From an uncultured Chloroflexia bacterium (lineage in GTDB: Bacteria; Chloroflexota; Anaerolineae; Anaerolineales; UBA4823): 64,000 nucleotides of DNA. The translations under genes and the position numbers were made by a program. The stretch lies in the NCBI GenBank assembly GCA_963840255.1, contig CAWIYB010000005.1, positions 899,406 to 963,405 of the forward strand, given 5' to 3'. Within the stretch, counting starts at the first letter, position 1. Every line of letters starts with the position of its first letter. Below are positions 47,801 through 56,758 of the stretch, one piece after another. The notes below the pieces were generated by a model. That model did no database searches. It had not been told where the DNA came from and saw only the letters and a list, made by a program, of their open reading frames with translations.

Positions 47801-49043
47801 CATAAAGAATTTCGTGGATGGCAAATCCTTCCGACATCACCTGGAACAAGGAACGATACCGTTCTTCGCTCTCCTTTAATGCTTGCTCACCCAGTTTGAT
47901 ATCGGTGAGATCAACTGTTGCGACACCGACCCCGGTTATTTGATTGTCTTTATCACGAATTGGCTCCAGGAAGAGGTCCAGAAACAACCGCTGACCGCCG
48001 CTAGTTACCCAACCTTGCTCGTGCAATTCCATTCCTGTTTCAAGGACCTGGCGTTTGAGCCTGGTTGTCCACGCTGCGACCTCCAGCGGGAATAAATCGG
48101 TGTCTGTTTTCCCGATCACTTCCGCTGGATTGACGGTTCTCTGATTGTAAGCCCAGATAAAACGCAGGTTTTTATCCTGGGCAGCAACGGTTACAGGAGC
48201 ATTTTTAAGCACAAGGCGGAAGCGTGCTTCACTTTCACGTAGTGCATCCTGGGCACGTATCTGTTCGGAAATATTGTAAGCCACTTCCCCTGCACCTACC
48301 ACATTGCCGTCACGATCCCAAATTGGGGTATGGAGAACATTGTAGATTCTCTGGTAGAGACCTGGGTCTCCGAATTCTAATATCTTATTCGTAGTCTCAC
48401 CGCGTAAGACCTGACCCCATTCCTGCAGAACAACTTTTTGCTGTTCTGGATGATGGGCGAAGGTGTCCAGCATGCTCATCCCGAGGTAAATATCCTGACC
48501 ACTGAGATGCTTCACTTCTTCCTTATATGCCTGGTTGAAGTAGGTATAGCAGAAATTTGTGTCTACGGTCGCAATAATGACATCATTTCCTTTGGTCACT
48601 GCTTCAAGGAATTCCATCGTTTGAGCCAACTCGAGTGTTTTTGCGTTAAGCGCCTTCTCCGCCTGATGTCGTTGGGTAATATTGCTGGAATAAATGCGAA
48701 TAGTATCGTATTCTTTGGAATAGACGATGGTTTCTTCAAATATCTGGTCCTGAATGCTTAACTCGGTATTCGCTTGCAGAATACGATCTGCTTCACCATA
48801 AACCTCTTCATCGAGGCGCTCAGGGAGAAAAATGCGTGGATCAGCGAGATCCAACTGGGAAAGAATCTGCTGAGCAGCGTGATTAAGATAGACCACCTGA
48901 CCCTTATGGTTAAATTCGAAGATAGGGCTGGGATTCAATTGGAGGAATGAAGCCTGGTGGCGTAATTCTTCATTCTGTTGGCGGAGGTCAGCCACTTCTT
49001 GTTGTAATTGCTCAATCGTGGAGGCAACATGGTCCGTATTCAT
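44820..49043 (-). CDS. multi-PAS sensor histidine kinase (cytoplasmic, at least 8 PAS/PAC modules)
   Basis: 1407 aa with no obvious TM segment. It has repeated PAS/PAC patterns and coiled-coil linkers, an H-box GSVTHEINNPLQ, and ATPase N/G boxes (NITLNAVEAM, DTGPGI, GLGLGLSIC). Confidence 0.9.
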   Translation of the reverse strand: MNTDHVASTIEQLQQEVADLRQQNEELRHQASFLQLNPSPIFEFNHKGQVVYLNHAAQQILSQLDLADPRIFLPERLDEEVYGEADRILQANTELSIQDQIFEETIVYSKEYDTIRIYSSNITQRHQAEKALNAKTLELAQTMEFLEAVTKGNDVIIATVDTNFCYTYFNQAYKEEVKHLSGQDIYLGMSMLDTFAHHPEQQKVVLQEWGQVLRGETTNKILEFGDPGLYQRIYNVLHTPIWDRDGNVVGAGEVAYNISEQIRAQDALRESEARFRLVLKNAPVTVAAQDKNLRFIWAYNQRTVNPAEVIGKTDTDLFPLEVAAWTTRLKRQVLETGMELHEQGWVTSGGQRLFLDLFLEPIRDKDNQITGVGVATVDLTDIKLGEQALKESEERYRSLFQVMSEGFAIHEILYDENGKPTDYRFLDINPAFERHTGLTRENVVGKTSQEVFPGETDRRVNIYADVILTGEPVQFENYSATLNRYYEIFAYRCASNQFATIFLDITERKKMEDELRINLTKYSLLFDTLPLGVTVTDQNGQILESNQEATRLLGLSGEQQKGKLIQGEEWKIVRLDQSPMPPEEYASVRALKENLRVENVEMGIIKSDDQISWISVSASPIPLTDYGVVIAYNDISKRVQAEEALRHAQEKLEITIQQRTKELQQANDELRKEISARKRIASELLEQTQAVEAERQRFNDVLEVLPVYTILLTPDYHVAFANRYFREHFGEDDGRHCYEYLFGYEYPCANCETYKVFETGTSRRWEWTGPDHRNYDVFDFPFSDVDGSPLILELGIDITDRKNVEEKLRSLNAYNRSLLEAYLDALVTITPDGIIGDVNTVTEAITGYPRQSLIGTAFHSYFTNPEKARLGYEQVFETGTVRNYELEIQHRDGHITPVVYNASVYHDETGKVAGVFAAARDISERKETERQLIVLTTALEAAANGIILVNKDGSILWSNPAFSRMTGYSKSEIVGRNPRILKSGMHEHEFYRELWEIILAGKVWHGELVNRRKNGSLYYEEQIITPVIDQDGTIANFISIRQDITEHKQAEDALRKSEQQYRSLVIASAQIVWQTNAAGEVVEDSHSWRGFTGQSLEEFLGSGWINALHPDDRERVADIWSCAVENKALYDVEYRIRNRHGEYNHFAVRGVPVKDNDGNISTWIGTCTDITEKKNYENQLIQAEKHAAIGRMVGSVTHEINNPLQTIKNCLYLIQQDVDPESISKEPLDMALSETQRLSNIVGQLRQLYRSQDVQTMRAQDLLGIIDEVHQLITPHLKNSHVVWKQLPGLEHCEIRCIRDHIIEVFLNITLNAVEAMQSSGGILSLNMVHSDDKTQVGIVISDTGPGINPEILPHIFEPFITTKEFGLGLGLSICFGIIQKHGGQITVESMPGQGASFTIWLPSLVE

Positions 49044-49400
49044 TGATCGCTATTCTCCTATGATTGTGACTAGCCAAAGCTCCAATATGCCTAGAACACC
49101 CAATTTATATCCTGTCTTTCAGAAAATTGACATGATATATTATGGACATCTTCGGAAAAATCCATCTGTATAGTATCTTCAAATTGGGAATCTCGCTCGA
49201 CCACAGACCGCGTTTTACCATACCGATAAATTAATGAGATTATAAATATTTGATTTTCTCAATTCTAATACATATTTAATGAGTTTTTTGTCCTGGATTC
49301 ATGTGGGAATTGCAGTTTTGTAAGGATTATAGGTCAACTTATGGACGGGTCTTCGCCGGCTGGGTGCTTGATGAGGAAATAATAGTGAGGAAGCAGCCCC

Positions 49401-50654
49401 TCATTCGTACACTTTCTCACAGTCTGCATCAGCATTTACAGCATCGATCTCCACATCCCTGGAAGTTGGAACGTTGGCAAGCAATTCACGGTAATATTCA
49501 TGCTGGATAACAAGGTTCATGATCTCATTCGTACCGGTCCAGATGGTCATCAGGCGTGAATCCCGCAGCATGCGCTCAAGAGGGTAAACATTGGTGTAGC
49601 CAATCCCTCCCATTACCTGCATTGCATCATTCACAACTGCCCAGGCAGTCTCTGTGGCATACTTTTTCGCTTCCGAAACCATTCGACGAATGTAACCCGA
49701 TCCACCAAGTGTATCAATTTCGCTGGCAGCCTGGTGGACCAAGGCACGTGCTGCATCCAAGCGGGTCAAGCTGTCGGCGATTTTAAAACTGACCCCCTCG
49801 AACTCTCGGATTTTCTGCCCGAACGCTTTGCGCCGATCTGCATAACGGGCAGAAATTTCCAGGGCAGCCCGCGCCAGACCAAGAGCACCAGCGGCACTGG
49901 TCATTCTTTCAGGAATCATCATCTGATTAAATATCTCATAACCGCCATTTTCCTGGCCGATCAGGTTTTCCACCGGAACATGAACATTCCGAAAATATAC
50001 GCGTCCGGTTCCACCTCCGCGCGTTCCTAAGAGCCCATAGACATGCTGGACTTCTACTCCTTGCCCACGTTCGACCAGCAGCGTACTGATGGCTTTATGG
50101 CTCGTGCTATCAGGGTTCGAACGGGCATAGACCAGGAATAGATCAGCTCCCTCTGCACCGACAATAAAGCGCTTCTGCCCGTTTAAGATGTAAAAATCGC
50201 CTTCGCGGGTGACCGTCGCCGTGGCACCAAAGAAATCCGATCCACCACGCGGTTCAGTTAAAGCTTCTGCAACGGTCAGCTTGCCTGCCAGGACCGGTTT
50301 AAGATATTTCTCTTTTTGCTCAGACGTTCCGAAGACGTTAATTGCTTCACCAACGATGGATGGCAGGGAAAATAAACATGCCAGGCTGGCACCGAGCACA
50401 CCGATTTCCTCCAGAGCTAAAACCTCAGATGTCCAGCCGAGACCGCGCCCACCCCACTCGGGCGGGAAGCGCAACCCGAGCAATTGCTGCGCAGCAAGCA
50501 GCTGAATATATTCACGCGGATAATGGACCTTCTCAGCATCCATATCAAGCAACAACTGAGGCGATATTTTCTCACGAGCAAACCTGCGTGCTTCATCACG
50601 TAAAGTGCGTTGTTCAGGGGATAGCATGCAGTCAGACATAATATCCTCCTTCAT
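49401..50654 (-). CDS. acyl-CoA dehydrogenase family protein
   Basis: 417 aa. [41 protein letters not shown]. It is a second ACAD paralog in the window, with a ~25-aa C-terminal tail. Confidence 0.85.
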   Translation of the reverse strand: MKEDIMSDCMLSPEQRTLRDEARRFAREKISPQLLLDMDAEKVHYPREYIQLLAAQQLLGLRFPPEWGGRGLGWTSEVLALEEIGVLGASLACLFSLPSIVGEAINVFGTSEQKEKYLKPVLAGKLTVAEALTEPRGGSDFFGATATVTREGDFYILNGQKRFIVGAEGADLFLVYARSNPDSTSHKAISTLLVERGQGVEVQHVYGLLGTRGGGTGRVYFRNVHVPVENLIGQENGGYEIFNQMMIPERMTSAAGALGLARAALEISARYADRRKAFGQKIREFEGVSFKIADSLTRLDAARALVHQAASEIDTLGGSGYIRRMVSEAKKYATETAWAVVNDAMQVMGGIGYTNVYPLERMLRDSRLMTIWTGTNEIMNLVIQHEYYRELLANVPTSRDVEIDAVNADADCEKVYE

Positions 50655-50776
50655 AGCGGGCCTAATATCTAGATTTTATGAGATACATTTTGAGCCATGA
50701 ACACGGGCGCAGCCAGTTAGTAAAACGGCTTTTAAGATGGATGGAAAATGTTAGAAAGAGGGGGGAACGCTTATTT

Positions 50777-51487
50777 TTACCCTCTGTGTGAGGTAACCAA
50801 ACCATACCGGTGAGCATAAACTAGTAACTCCAACCGGTCCGATACCCCCAACTTGTCATAAATTGAGGTTAAGTGATGGCGCACTGTGGTTTCACTGATG
50901 CATAACTCGCTAGATATTCTCTTGTTTTTATACCCCTGGCCGATTAATTTAACGACCTCTTTTTCACGTTCGCTCAGACTATTAATACTAGCTGTTTCCG
51001 GATCGACCTTAGTTACCGGTTGGCTGCGTGAAAAGCGCACCAGCACATTAGCAATCAGCGATCGTTCGAGCCAGACCTCACCAGCGTGGACTTTCTCGAT
51101 CGCTTTTATGAGTGTCTCTGGTGTTTGAGTTTTTGATATGACCCCCACGACACCATCTTCAACAGCCTTCTGTTGAACCGTTGGATCATTTACTCCTGTA
51201 ACGAGAATAAGGCGGGCACTGGTGGATGCCTTTACCAGCATTGGAACTAAATCGCAATTAGGATTACCCGGTAAATTCAACTCAAACAAGATAATATCCG
51301 GATTTTGGCTGGCGATTAATTCGACGCTTGCATCAAGATCACCAGCTTCACCAACGATTTCCATCCCCGGTTGGCGCTCAATAATGTAACGCAAACCAAC
51401 CCTAAACAGGGTATGAGCGTCAAGCAGGAGGATACGAATCGGATTGTTGGATGTACCTGGCATCTTATTATGGTCCAAATCCCCCAA
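50777..51487 (-). CDS. NarL/LuxR-type response regulator
   Basis: 236 aa. REC (IRILLLDAHTLFRVGL, ILFELNLPG) plus a C-terminal LuxR HTH (LSEREKEVVKLIGQGYKNKRISSELCISETTVRHHLTSIYDKLGV). No cognate kinase is adjacent. Confidence 0.85.
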   Translation of the reverse strand: MGDLDHNKMPGTSNNPIRILLLDAHTLFRVGLRYIIERQPGMEIVGEAGDLDASVELIASQNPDIILFELNLPGNPNCDLVPMLVKASTSARLILVTGVNDPTVQQKAVEDGVVGVISKTQTPETLIKAIEKVHAGEVWLERSLIANVLVRFSRSQPVTKVDPETASINSLSEREKEVVKLIGQGYKNKRISSELCISETTVRHHLTSIYDKLGVSDRLELLVYAHRYGLVTSHRG

Positions 51488-51796
51488 TAACTTCCTTCTT
51501 ATTTAATAGAATGGGCTAGGGTTAATTCGTGTAAGTACTTTTATTCATGTACTCAATTAATAATTTGTCTGTACATAATATATCAAAGTATGCTACGCCT
51601 GTCAATAAAACAATTTACGGCAATCAGGACAAAAGCAATTACCACTTGTGAAATATCATCCAATAACAACTATGACAGACCCTATCGTTGGGAAGGTTCT
51701 GTCATAGTAGAAAGCTTCAAAAAGTTCAGACATTTCTCGTTTACGATCAAGGATCAATAAACGATCTGTTCTTCTTTGAATTTGCAAATGTGTTTT

Positions 51797-51836
51797 TCAA
51801 GATGTACAATTTGCATGTAAATTGTACATCTTGAAA
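51797..51836. promoter_or_regulatory. perfect 17-bp inverted repeat (operator or terminator candidate)
   Basis: TTCAAGATGTACAATTT-gcatgt-AAATTGTACATCTTGAA lies 29 nt after the phasin stop (51865) and ~310 nt upstream of the LuxR-type RR start. The stem is AT-rich and no U-tract follows on the minus strand. Confidence 0.4.
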
Positions 51837-51864
51837 GAATTACTTAGGATTACTTGCCAAGGGC

Positions 51865-52233
51865 TCAGGCTTTTTTCAATTCGTCGATCTTCTTCGATAA
51901 TCCATTGATCTTTTGGCTGAGGGCATCAATATCAGTCCTGGTGGGAATATTCATCCGTTCCAAAACATCTGAGATGTTTTTATTGATTTCGTCCTCAACC
52001 TTCATCGTCTTGTTTTTTCGCTTATCCATCATCTCGTGCATGAGCTTTTTCCCATCTTTTTCGGCAATCTCACCACGTTCGATCAATCGATTGATAAGCG
52101 CCTCGATTTCTTCCTGGGCAAGCACGGCAGCACCAATGGTCGCCAGCATTACCTTTCGCACCATTTCCGCCATTTGAGATTGATTCTTTTCTGTAGATTC
52201 TGCAGCTTCTTCAACTTTCGGTTTGGTTGGCAT
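51865..52233 (-). CDS. phasin-like protein (COG3937-type PHA/lipid-granule-associated regulator family)
   Basis: 122 aa, highly charged and helical. MLATIGAAVLAQEEIEALINRLIERGEIAEKDGKKLMHEMM...PTRTDIDALSQKINGLSKKIDELKK matches my recollection of this family. Confidence 0.65.
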   Translation of the reverse strand: MPTKPKVEEAAESTEKNQSQMAEMVRKVMLATIGAAVLAQEEIEALINRLIERGEIAEKDGKKLMHEMMDKRKNKTMKVEDEINKNISDVLERMNIPTRTDIDALSQKINGLSKKIDELKKA

Positions 52234-52314
52234 TAAATTCCTCCTATTATAAATTAATTTACACGATAATTATGACGCACTACGTCATAAAGTATAACAC
52301 AGGGTTGTGAGAAG

Positions 52315-53721
52315 TCAAGGGCTAACGACTGGTATCGCTGATTTGAGCGATTGATATTCCTCTAAAAATAGCTGGAGGAATACTTCGGGGTCGGGTAACA
52401 GCCCGATATCGGCATTCAAACCGACAACTAGCTTATTGTTGTAGCTGATGAAACTTAATCCCACACCGATCCGACCAGACTGGGGTACCCAGGCAACAAT
52501 AAATTCAATGGGCGCGTCGGCTAAATATAGCTGCTTGCGAGACCCAGGGACGTTGGTCGCCACTACCGTTCCTTTTGTATCCAAAATCCTGACGGCCAGA
52601 TCCTCCACCCATTGAGGCACCTGTCCCAGGATATTGAGGATTAAATAGGTGGCGGCATATTCAGCAGATGCTTTCAAGCTGTCCATACCGCTCTTGATCG
52701 CCTCAAGGCGCTCCAAGGGCTGGTTTTTATCCAAAGGCAATCCAAGAAAGACGAGTCCAAATTTATTGCCAAGCTCGTCATCATAGGAACGTGCGCGCAT
52801 GTTTACCAGGATAAAGGCGCGGATATTTCGCGTTCTTTTATCCTTATGCAGGTCCATATAGCGCCGGATTGCTCCCGATGCAACCGCCATCAAAACATCA
52901 TTGATCGTAGCTTGCCTGGTATTAGCAATTTTCTTGAGCTCAGGTACGCTTAAGTCTTCCGACCAGACCGCTTTTTTGACGTTTCCCAGAGGTCCTTTGA
53001 GGATCGTGGGTGGATCGGCAGGTCGAGTGACAATGCGTATAATTGCAGCAAGCAGATCGGTGATTCCGGGATTGCGATAACCTGTTCTTTGACCGGCCAT
53101 CGGTGGCGGAGTACTTGATTTTGTCTCAGCAACTGTCGCGGTGACAGCATCGCTGTCTTTGGCTTGCAGCATAGTTGGAGTAACGACCGGTTCGCCATCA
53201 ACTGGCAGCTCAGCTTGACCTGTATTGCTAATCGACGCCTGATTTACAGGTGCGATAAGTGGAGCGTGGGTCAAATGCAACAGTACCTGCATCAGGGATA
53301 TGCCATCTGCGATGCAGTGATGGACACGAACGATGATAATGCTGCCAGCAGGATAATTATCCACCAATGTAACGATCCATAAAGGGTGGGCAAAATCCAA
53401 AGGCGTATTCATCTTCTTGTTTACCAGCTCTTCCACGGCAGCATCATCAGCAGGAAGAGGAAGATCTACGCGTTCAATATGATTTTCAATACTTAAGGCA
53501 GGATCGTCTTCCCAATAGGGACGCTGAAACAAACCGGTAGGTCGAACAATGCGCTGGCGGAACCGGCGGTATCTTTTAAATAGATCCTCCAGCAACATAA
53601 TAAAGTGTTCGTGGTTAATCTGACCGGTAAATCGAAGTGCAACCGTGATCATCATCGGGTTGATTGGCTTATCCATGCGAAGCCAGGCAAGATCTACATT
53701 ATTTAATTTGATGGTTGAAAT
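52315..53721 (-). CDS. wax ester synthase / diacylglycerol acyltransferase (WS/DGAT); N-terminus probably starts upstream of the called ATG at a non-canonical codon
   Basis: Active-site motif HHCIADGISL (HHxxxDG) and late NVPGS. The called ORF starts at 53676 (MDKPINPMMI...). The family-conserved N-terminal block L-x-x-x-D-x-x-W-L-x-M-D-x-P-x-x-P-M is encoded in-frame upstream (ISTIKLNNVDLAWLRMDKPINPM). No ATG/GTG/TTG occurs before the in-frame TAA, but ATT at 53721 sits 6 nt after AAAGAGG. Confidence 0.8.
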   Translation of the reverse strand: MSTIKLNNVDLAWLRMDKPINPMMITVALRFTGQINHEHFIMLLEDLFKRYRRFRQRIVRPTGLFQRPYWEDDPALSIENHIERVDLPLPADDAAVEELVNKKMNTPLDFAHPLWIVTLVDNYPAGSIIIVRVHHCIADGISLMQVLLHLTHAPLIAPVNQASISNTGQAELPVDGEPVVTPTMLQAKDSDAVTATVAETKSSTPPPMAGQRTGYRNPGITDLLAAIIRIVTRPADPPTILKGPLGNVKKAVWSEDLSVPELKKIANTRQATINDVLMAVASGAIRRYMDLHKDKRTRNIRAFILVNMRARSYDDELGNKFGLVFLGLPLDKNQPLERLEAIKSGMDSLKASAEYAATYLILNILGQVPQWVEDLAVRILDTKGTVVATNVPGSRKQLYLADAPIEFIVAWVPQSGRIGVGLSFISYNNKLVVGLNADIGLLPDPEVFLQLFLEEYQSLKSAIPVVSP

Positions 53722-53810
53722 TTTGCACCTCTTTTACCGATAAGGATTTTTATTTACCCTACATTTTTAGACTTCGACTAACTCATGTGGAGTTCAGATC
53801 AGAAGATAGT

Positions 53811-55463
53811 TCAGGATCGCAAGGCTAGAAATAGTGCCAATATAAACAGAATTGCCCATGCATACCAGGGTCCATTCGATGCCAGGACAAAAGCTCCTGC
53901 AAGAATGCAGAAACCAGACAGCAATGTACCGCGCACACCATTCAACGGACCCGAAGGAGGTTTCTTTAGATTCGACTCTAACACTCTCATTCCCTCCGTC
54001 AGGATCAACGGGCTTTTCCGAAGCACATCAGCCATCTCGGGTAATACCAAGGCGCTATCGCGAATCAGATTTAGAGGATTAAATTCGTTTATCAATATAG
54101 ACTGGACGTGCCGGCGGGCGGCAGAGGGAATATTAATCTCCGGATCAAAAATATGCCCCACCCCTTCGATGGTCACCAGGGCTTTGACCATGAGGATAAT
54201 TTCTCCAGGGTATTGGATTTTATAATGGCCGGCCATCAGAATGGATTGCAAAATTACCTGGGCTAGTGAAAATTCGGTGTAATTGGGTGTTGTCAGCCAA
54301 CGGGCATACATGTCTGAGGCCGCCCGGCGGAACCCCTCGATATCTGCACCCTTTCCAGGTAGCGTGAGAGATGTCAGGTAACGGGCGGCACTTTCGGGAT
54401 CGCCGGTAACCAGAGAGTAAAAGTAGTAGAACATGCTCTTACGCATGTCACGACTGAATCTACCGACCATTCCCAGATCGATGAAACCAACACTTATCTC
54501 CGTGGTGCCGGGTTTCTTAAATATCATCAAATTCGCCGGGTGCAGATCAGCGTGGAAGAACCCATCGCGGTATATCATTTTCACAATAGCTCCAACACCC
54601 AGGTCGATTGCTTGACGGCGTTGTTCAAGGGTCAATTTTTTTAAAGCGGTTTCATCAGGCTTGAGACCGTGGAAATATTCCATGCAGAGCACATCGTGAG
54701 AGCTGTATTTACGATAGATACGGGGAAATCGCACTTCGGGTTCTTTTATAAAATAGGCAGTAAAAGTTTCAGCATTATCAGCTTCCATGCGTAAATCTAC
54801 TTCGCGCAAGGTATAAGCGCTAAATTCGTCGAGAACCCTGGCTGGTTGGTAACGAGCCAGGAATATCTGTAGGAACCTGCCAAAAAAATGGAGCAGGCGA
54901 GTATCGCGTTCAATAATCGTGCGGACTCCTGGCTTGAGCACCTTTATCACAACTTTCTCATTGGTGATCAATCTTGCCCGGTGGGTTTGTGCCAGAGAGG
55001 CAGATCCCAATGGGATGGGATCAATCCAGCGGTACATGGTATTGAGGGGTTGTTTGAGACTTTCAACGATCAGCTCTTTAAAGCGCTCATACGAGACAGC
55101 CGGTAGCTTGTCCAGGAGATTTTTTAGCTCATCGGTAATGGTCTTGGGGAGGAGATCTTCCCGCAGGCTGAGAATTTGGCCAAGTTTTATGTAGGTCGGT
55201 CCCAGCTCTTGCAACCGCAGCCTGAACTGGATGGGGAAAGGCAGGTTTACGATGCGTTTATCGAGGAAAGGCCAGGCAAGGGCAAGGATAATGCGCAGGA
55301 GAAAAATACCCAGGGTGCGGTGCTGTCCCAGCGCTTTTTTCTGCCTGACGTAATCCATACCGCCCCCCAATGCCATGCCTAAGAACTCACCCGAAATCTC
55401 AACGAAGCGGATGATTAAGCCTGGTTGGCGTCTTTCCTGATATGGCTCGAAACCGTTTTCCAT
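53811..55463 (-). CDS. ABC1/UbiB-family atypical protein kinase
   Basis: 550 aa. LGPTYIKLGQILSLREDLLP, PLGSASLAQTHRA, GFFHADLHPANL, and two C-terminal TM helices. Confidence 0.85.
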   Translation of the reverse strand: MENGFEPYQERRQPGLIIRFVEISGEFLGMALGGGMDYVRQKKALGQHRTLGIFLLRIILALAWPFLDKRIVNLPFPIQFRLRLQELGPTYIKLGQILSLREDLLPKTITDELKNLLDKLPAVSYERFKELIVESLKQPLNTMYRWIDPIPLGSASLAQTHRARLITNEKVVIKVLKPGVRTIIERDTRLLHFFGRFLQIFLARYQPARVLDEFSAYTLREVDLRMEADNAETFTAYFIKEPEVRFPRIYRKYSSHDVLCMEYFHGLKPDETALKKLTLEQRRQAIDLGVGAIVKMIYRDGFFHADLHPANLMIFKKPGTTEISVGFIDLGMVGRFSRDMRKSMFYYFYSLVTGDPESAARYLTSLTLPGKGADIEGFRRAASDMYARWLTTPNYTEFSLAQVILQSILMAGHYKIQYPGEIILMVKALVTIEGVGHIFDPEINIPSAARRHVQSILINEFNPLNLIRDSALVLPEMADVLRKSPLILTEGMRVLESNLKKPPSGPLNGVRGTLLSGFCILAGAFVLASNGPWYAWAILFILALFLALRS

Positions 55464-55471
55464 GGAGGAGT

Positions 55472-55996
55472 CTACTTGTGCGCCTTTTTGGGAATGAATA
55501 AAACCTGGGTGCCGGCAATTTTATCGTGCCAGCCCTGGCGTTTAGGGTCCCATAATATCCAAAAAAAGCCCAGACAGAGAGGAATCAATGAGATCCAATA
55601 TGAGAAAAAGCGTAGGAGGGATCTAGAAAAGGATAACTTTTCACCGTTGCTCCGTATAACCTTGAGACCCAACAGTGCCTTGCCGGGGGTATATCCCACC
55701 AAAGTCCAGAAAAATGAATAGTAACCGATTACGAAGAGGACCATTAAAATTGAACCGGAAACAAGTTCAAAGGTGGAATTATCCAATAGAGTTTGTAAGC
55801 TAGTTACCAGACCAGTGAGTCTGAAGAATCTTACGATGGTCTGAATAAAGGTCGAAGCAACCAGCTGTACGATGCTTAGTATGACCAGATCGATAACAAA
55901 TGCCTCAAAGCGACTGAAAAAGCCTGCCGGGTGTACTGAATGCGCCACCGAGGGTAGATTTTCAGTCTGTGTCAATTTTGGTGTGCTTAATGCCAT
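55472..55996 (-). CDS. RDD-family membrane protein
   Basis: 174 aa with 3 TM helices. Family-typical features: GFFSRFEAFVIDLV, TPGKALLGLKV, and the C-terminal GWHDKIAGTQVL. Confidence 0.75.
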   Translation of the reverse strand: MALSTPKLTQTENLPSVAHSVHPAGFFSRFEAFVIDLVILSIVQLVASTFIQTIVRFFRLTGLVTSLQTLLDNSTFELVSGSILMVLFVIGYYSFFWTLVGYTPGKALLGLKVIRSNGEKLSFSRSLLRFFSYWISLIPLCLGFFWILWDPKRQGWHDKIAGTQVLFIPKKAHK

Positions 55997-56002
55997 CTCG
56001 TT

Positions 56003-56758
56003 TTACCCCCCTTCTGCTGGAGTGCTGGGTGGTTCGGTGGGTTCACTTGGAGTACTCTTGCGGAATATCGATTTAAGTTTCTGCTCCAGGATTGAATCAA
56101 CATTCGAGCTTTGGTCTCGAAATTCGTCAACAGCGTCCACCGCGATCGTAGTGCCTTCTTGTTGGATGATTTCCTGAACCTTTATTTTTAGAACCAGATA
56201 TTCCACGAATTCATTGATCAGATCATCGATTGTCTCTTGTTGGAGAATATGGCGGCTGTTCTGTTCCTCCACCCGCCCCTTCATGATCAACCGATCGATT
56301 ACTTTTTCTCCCCGAGCTGCAGCATGATCATATTGATCCTTTACAGGACTGAAGACCCAGCTATCGGTAAGCGGAGAGATCATCTTTGAAATAAAACCAA
56401 ACACTTTCGATGAGGCGTGATCTACTGACGACAATCTACGCTGGATGACATCGGGAGTCTCGAATAAAATCCCCAGGAGCAGATATCTTAATTGGTCCTG
56501 AGAGGTCTCATTCTCATTAGTTTTTATTGCCTCAGGTTTGACGGTACCCTGGGATGTTTGCATCCGTCTTAATCGATCAATATAGACGTCTCGTCCATTC
56601 AGGTAGGAGCCGAGAACCAACCGAAGAGTTGCCTTGATATCACCAGCTGGCTGAGGGGTAATACTCAGCCCGGGATTAATTTCCTCGGGTGGTGCCAGGC
56701 TGGGGTCTTCGCTGGCATAAGGGAATTCATCATCTTGTGGTTGCATATGACCTTCCAA
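56003..56758 (-). CDS. hypothetical protein with a phasin-like segment
   Basis: 251 aa. The segment GEKVIDRLIMKGRVEEQNSRHIL parallels EIEALINRLIERGEIAEKDGKKLM of the 122-aa phasin-like protein. The termini are acidic and Pro-rich. It ends 6 nt before the RDD gene start. Confidence 0.5.
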   Translation of the reverse strand: MEGHMQPQDDEFPYASEDPSLAPPEEINPGLSITPQPAGDIKATLRLVLGSYLNGRDVYIDRLRRMQTSQGTVKPEAIKTNENETSQDQLRYLLLGILFETPDVIQRRLSSVDHASSKVFGFISKMISPLTDSWVFSPVKDQYDHAAARGEKVIDRLIMKGRVEEQNSRHILQQETIDDLINEFVEYLVLKIKVQEIIQQEGTTIAVDAVDEFRDQSSNVDSILEQKLKSIFRKSTPSEPTEPPSTPAEGG

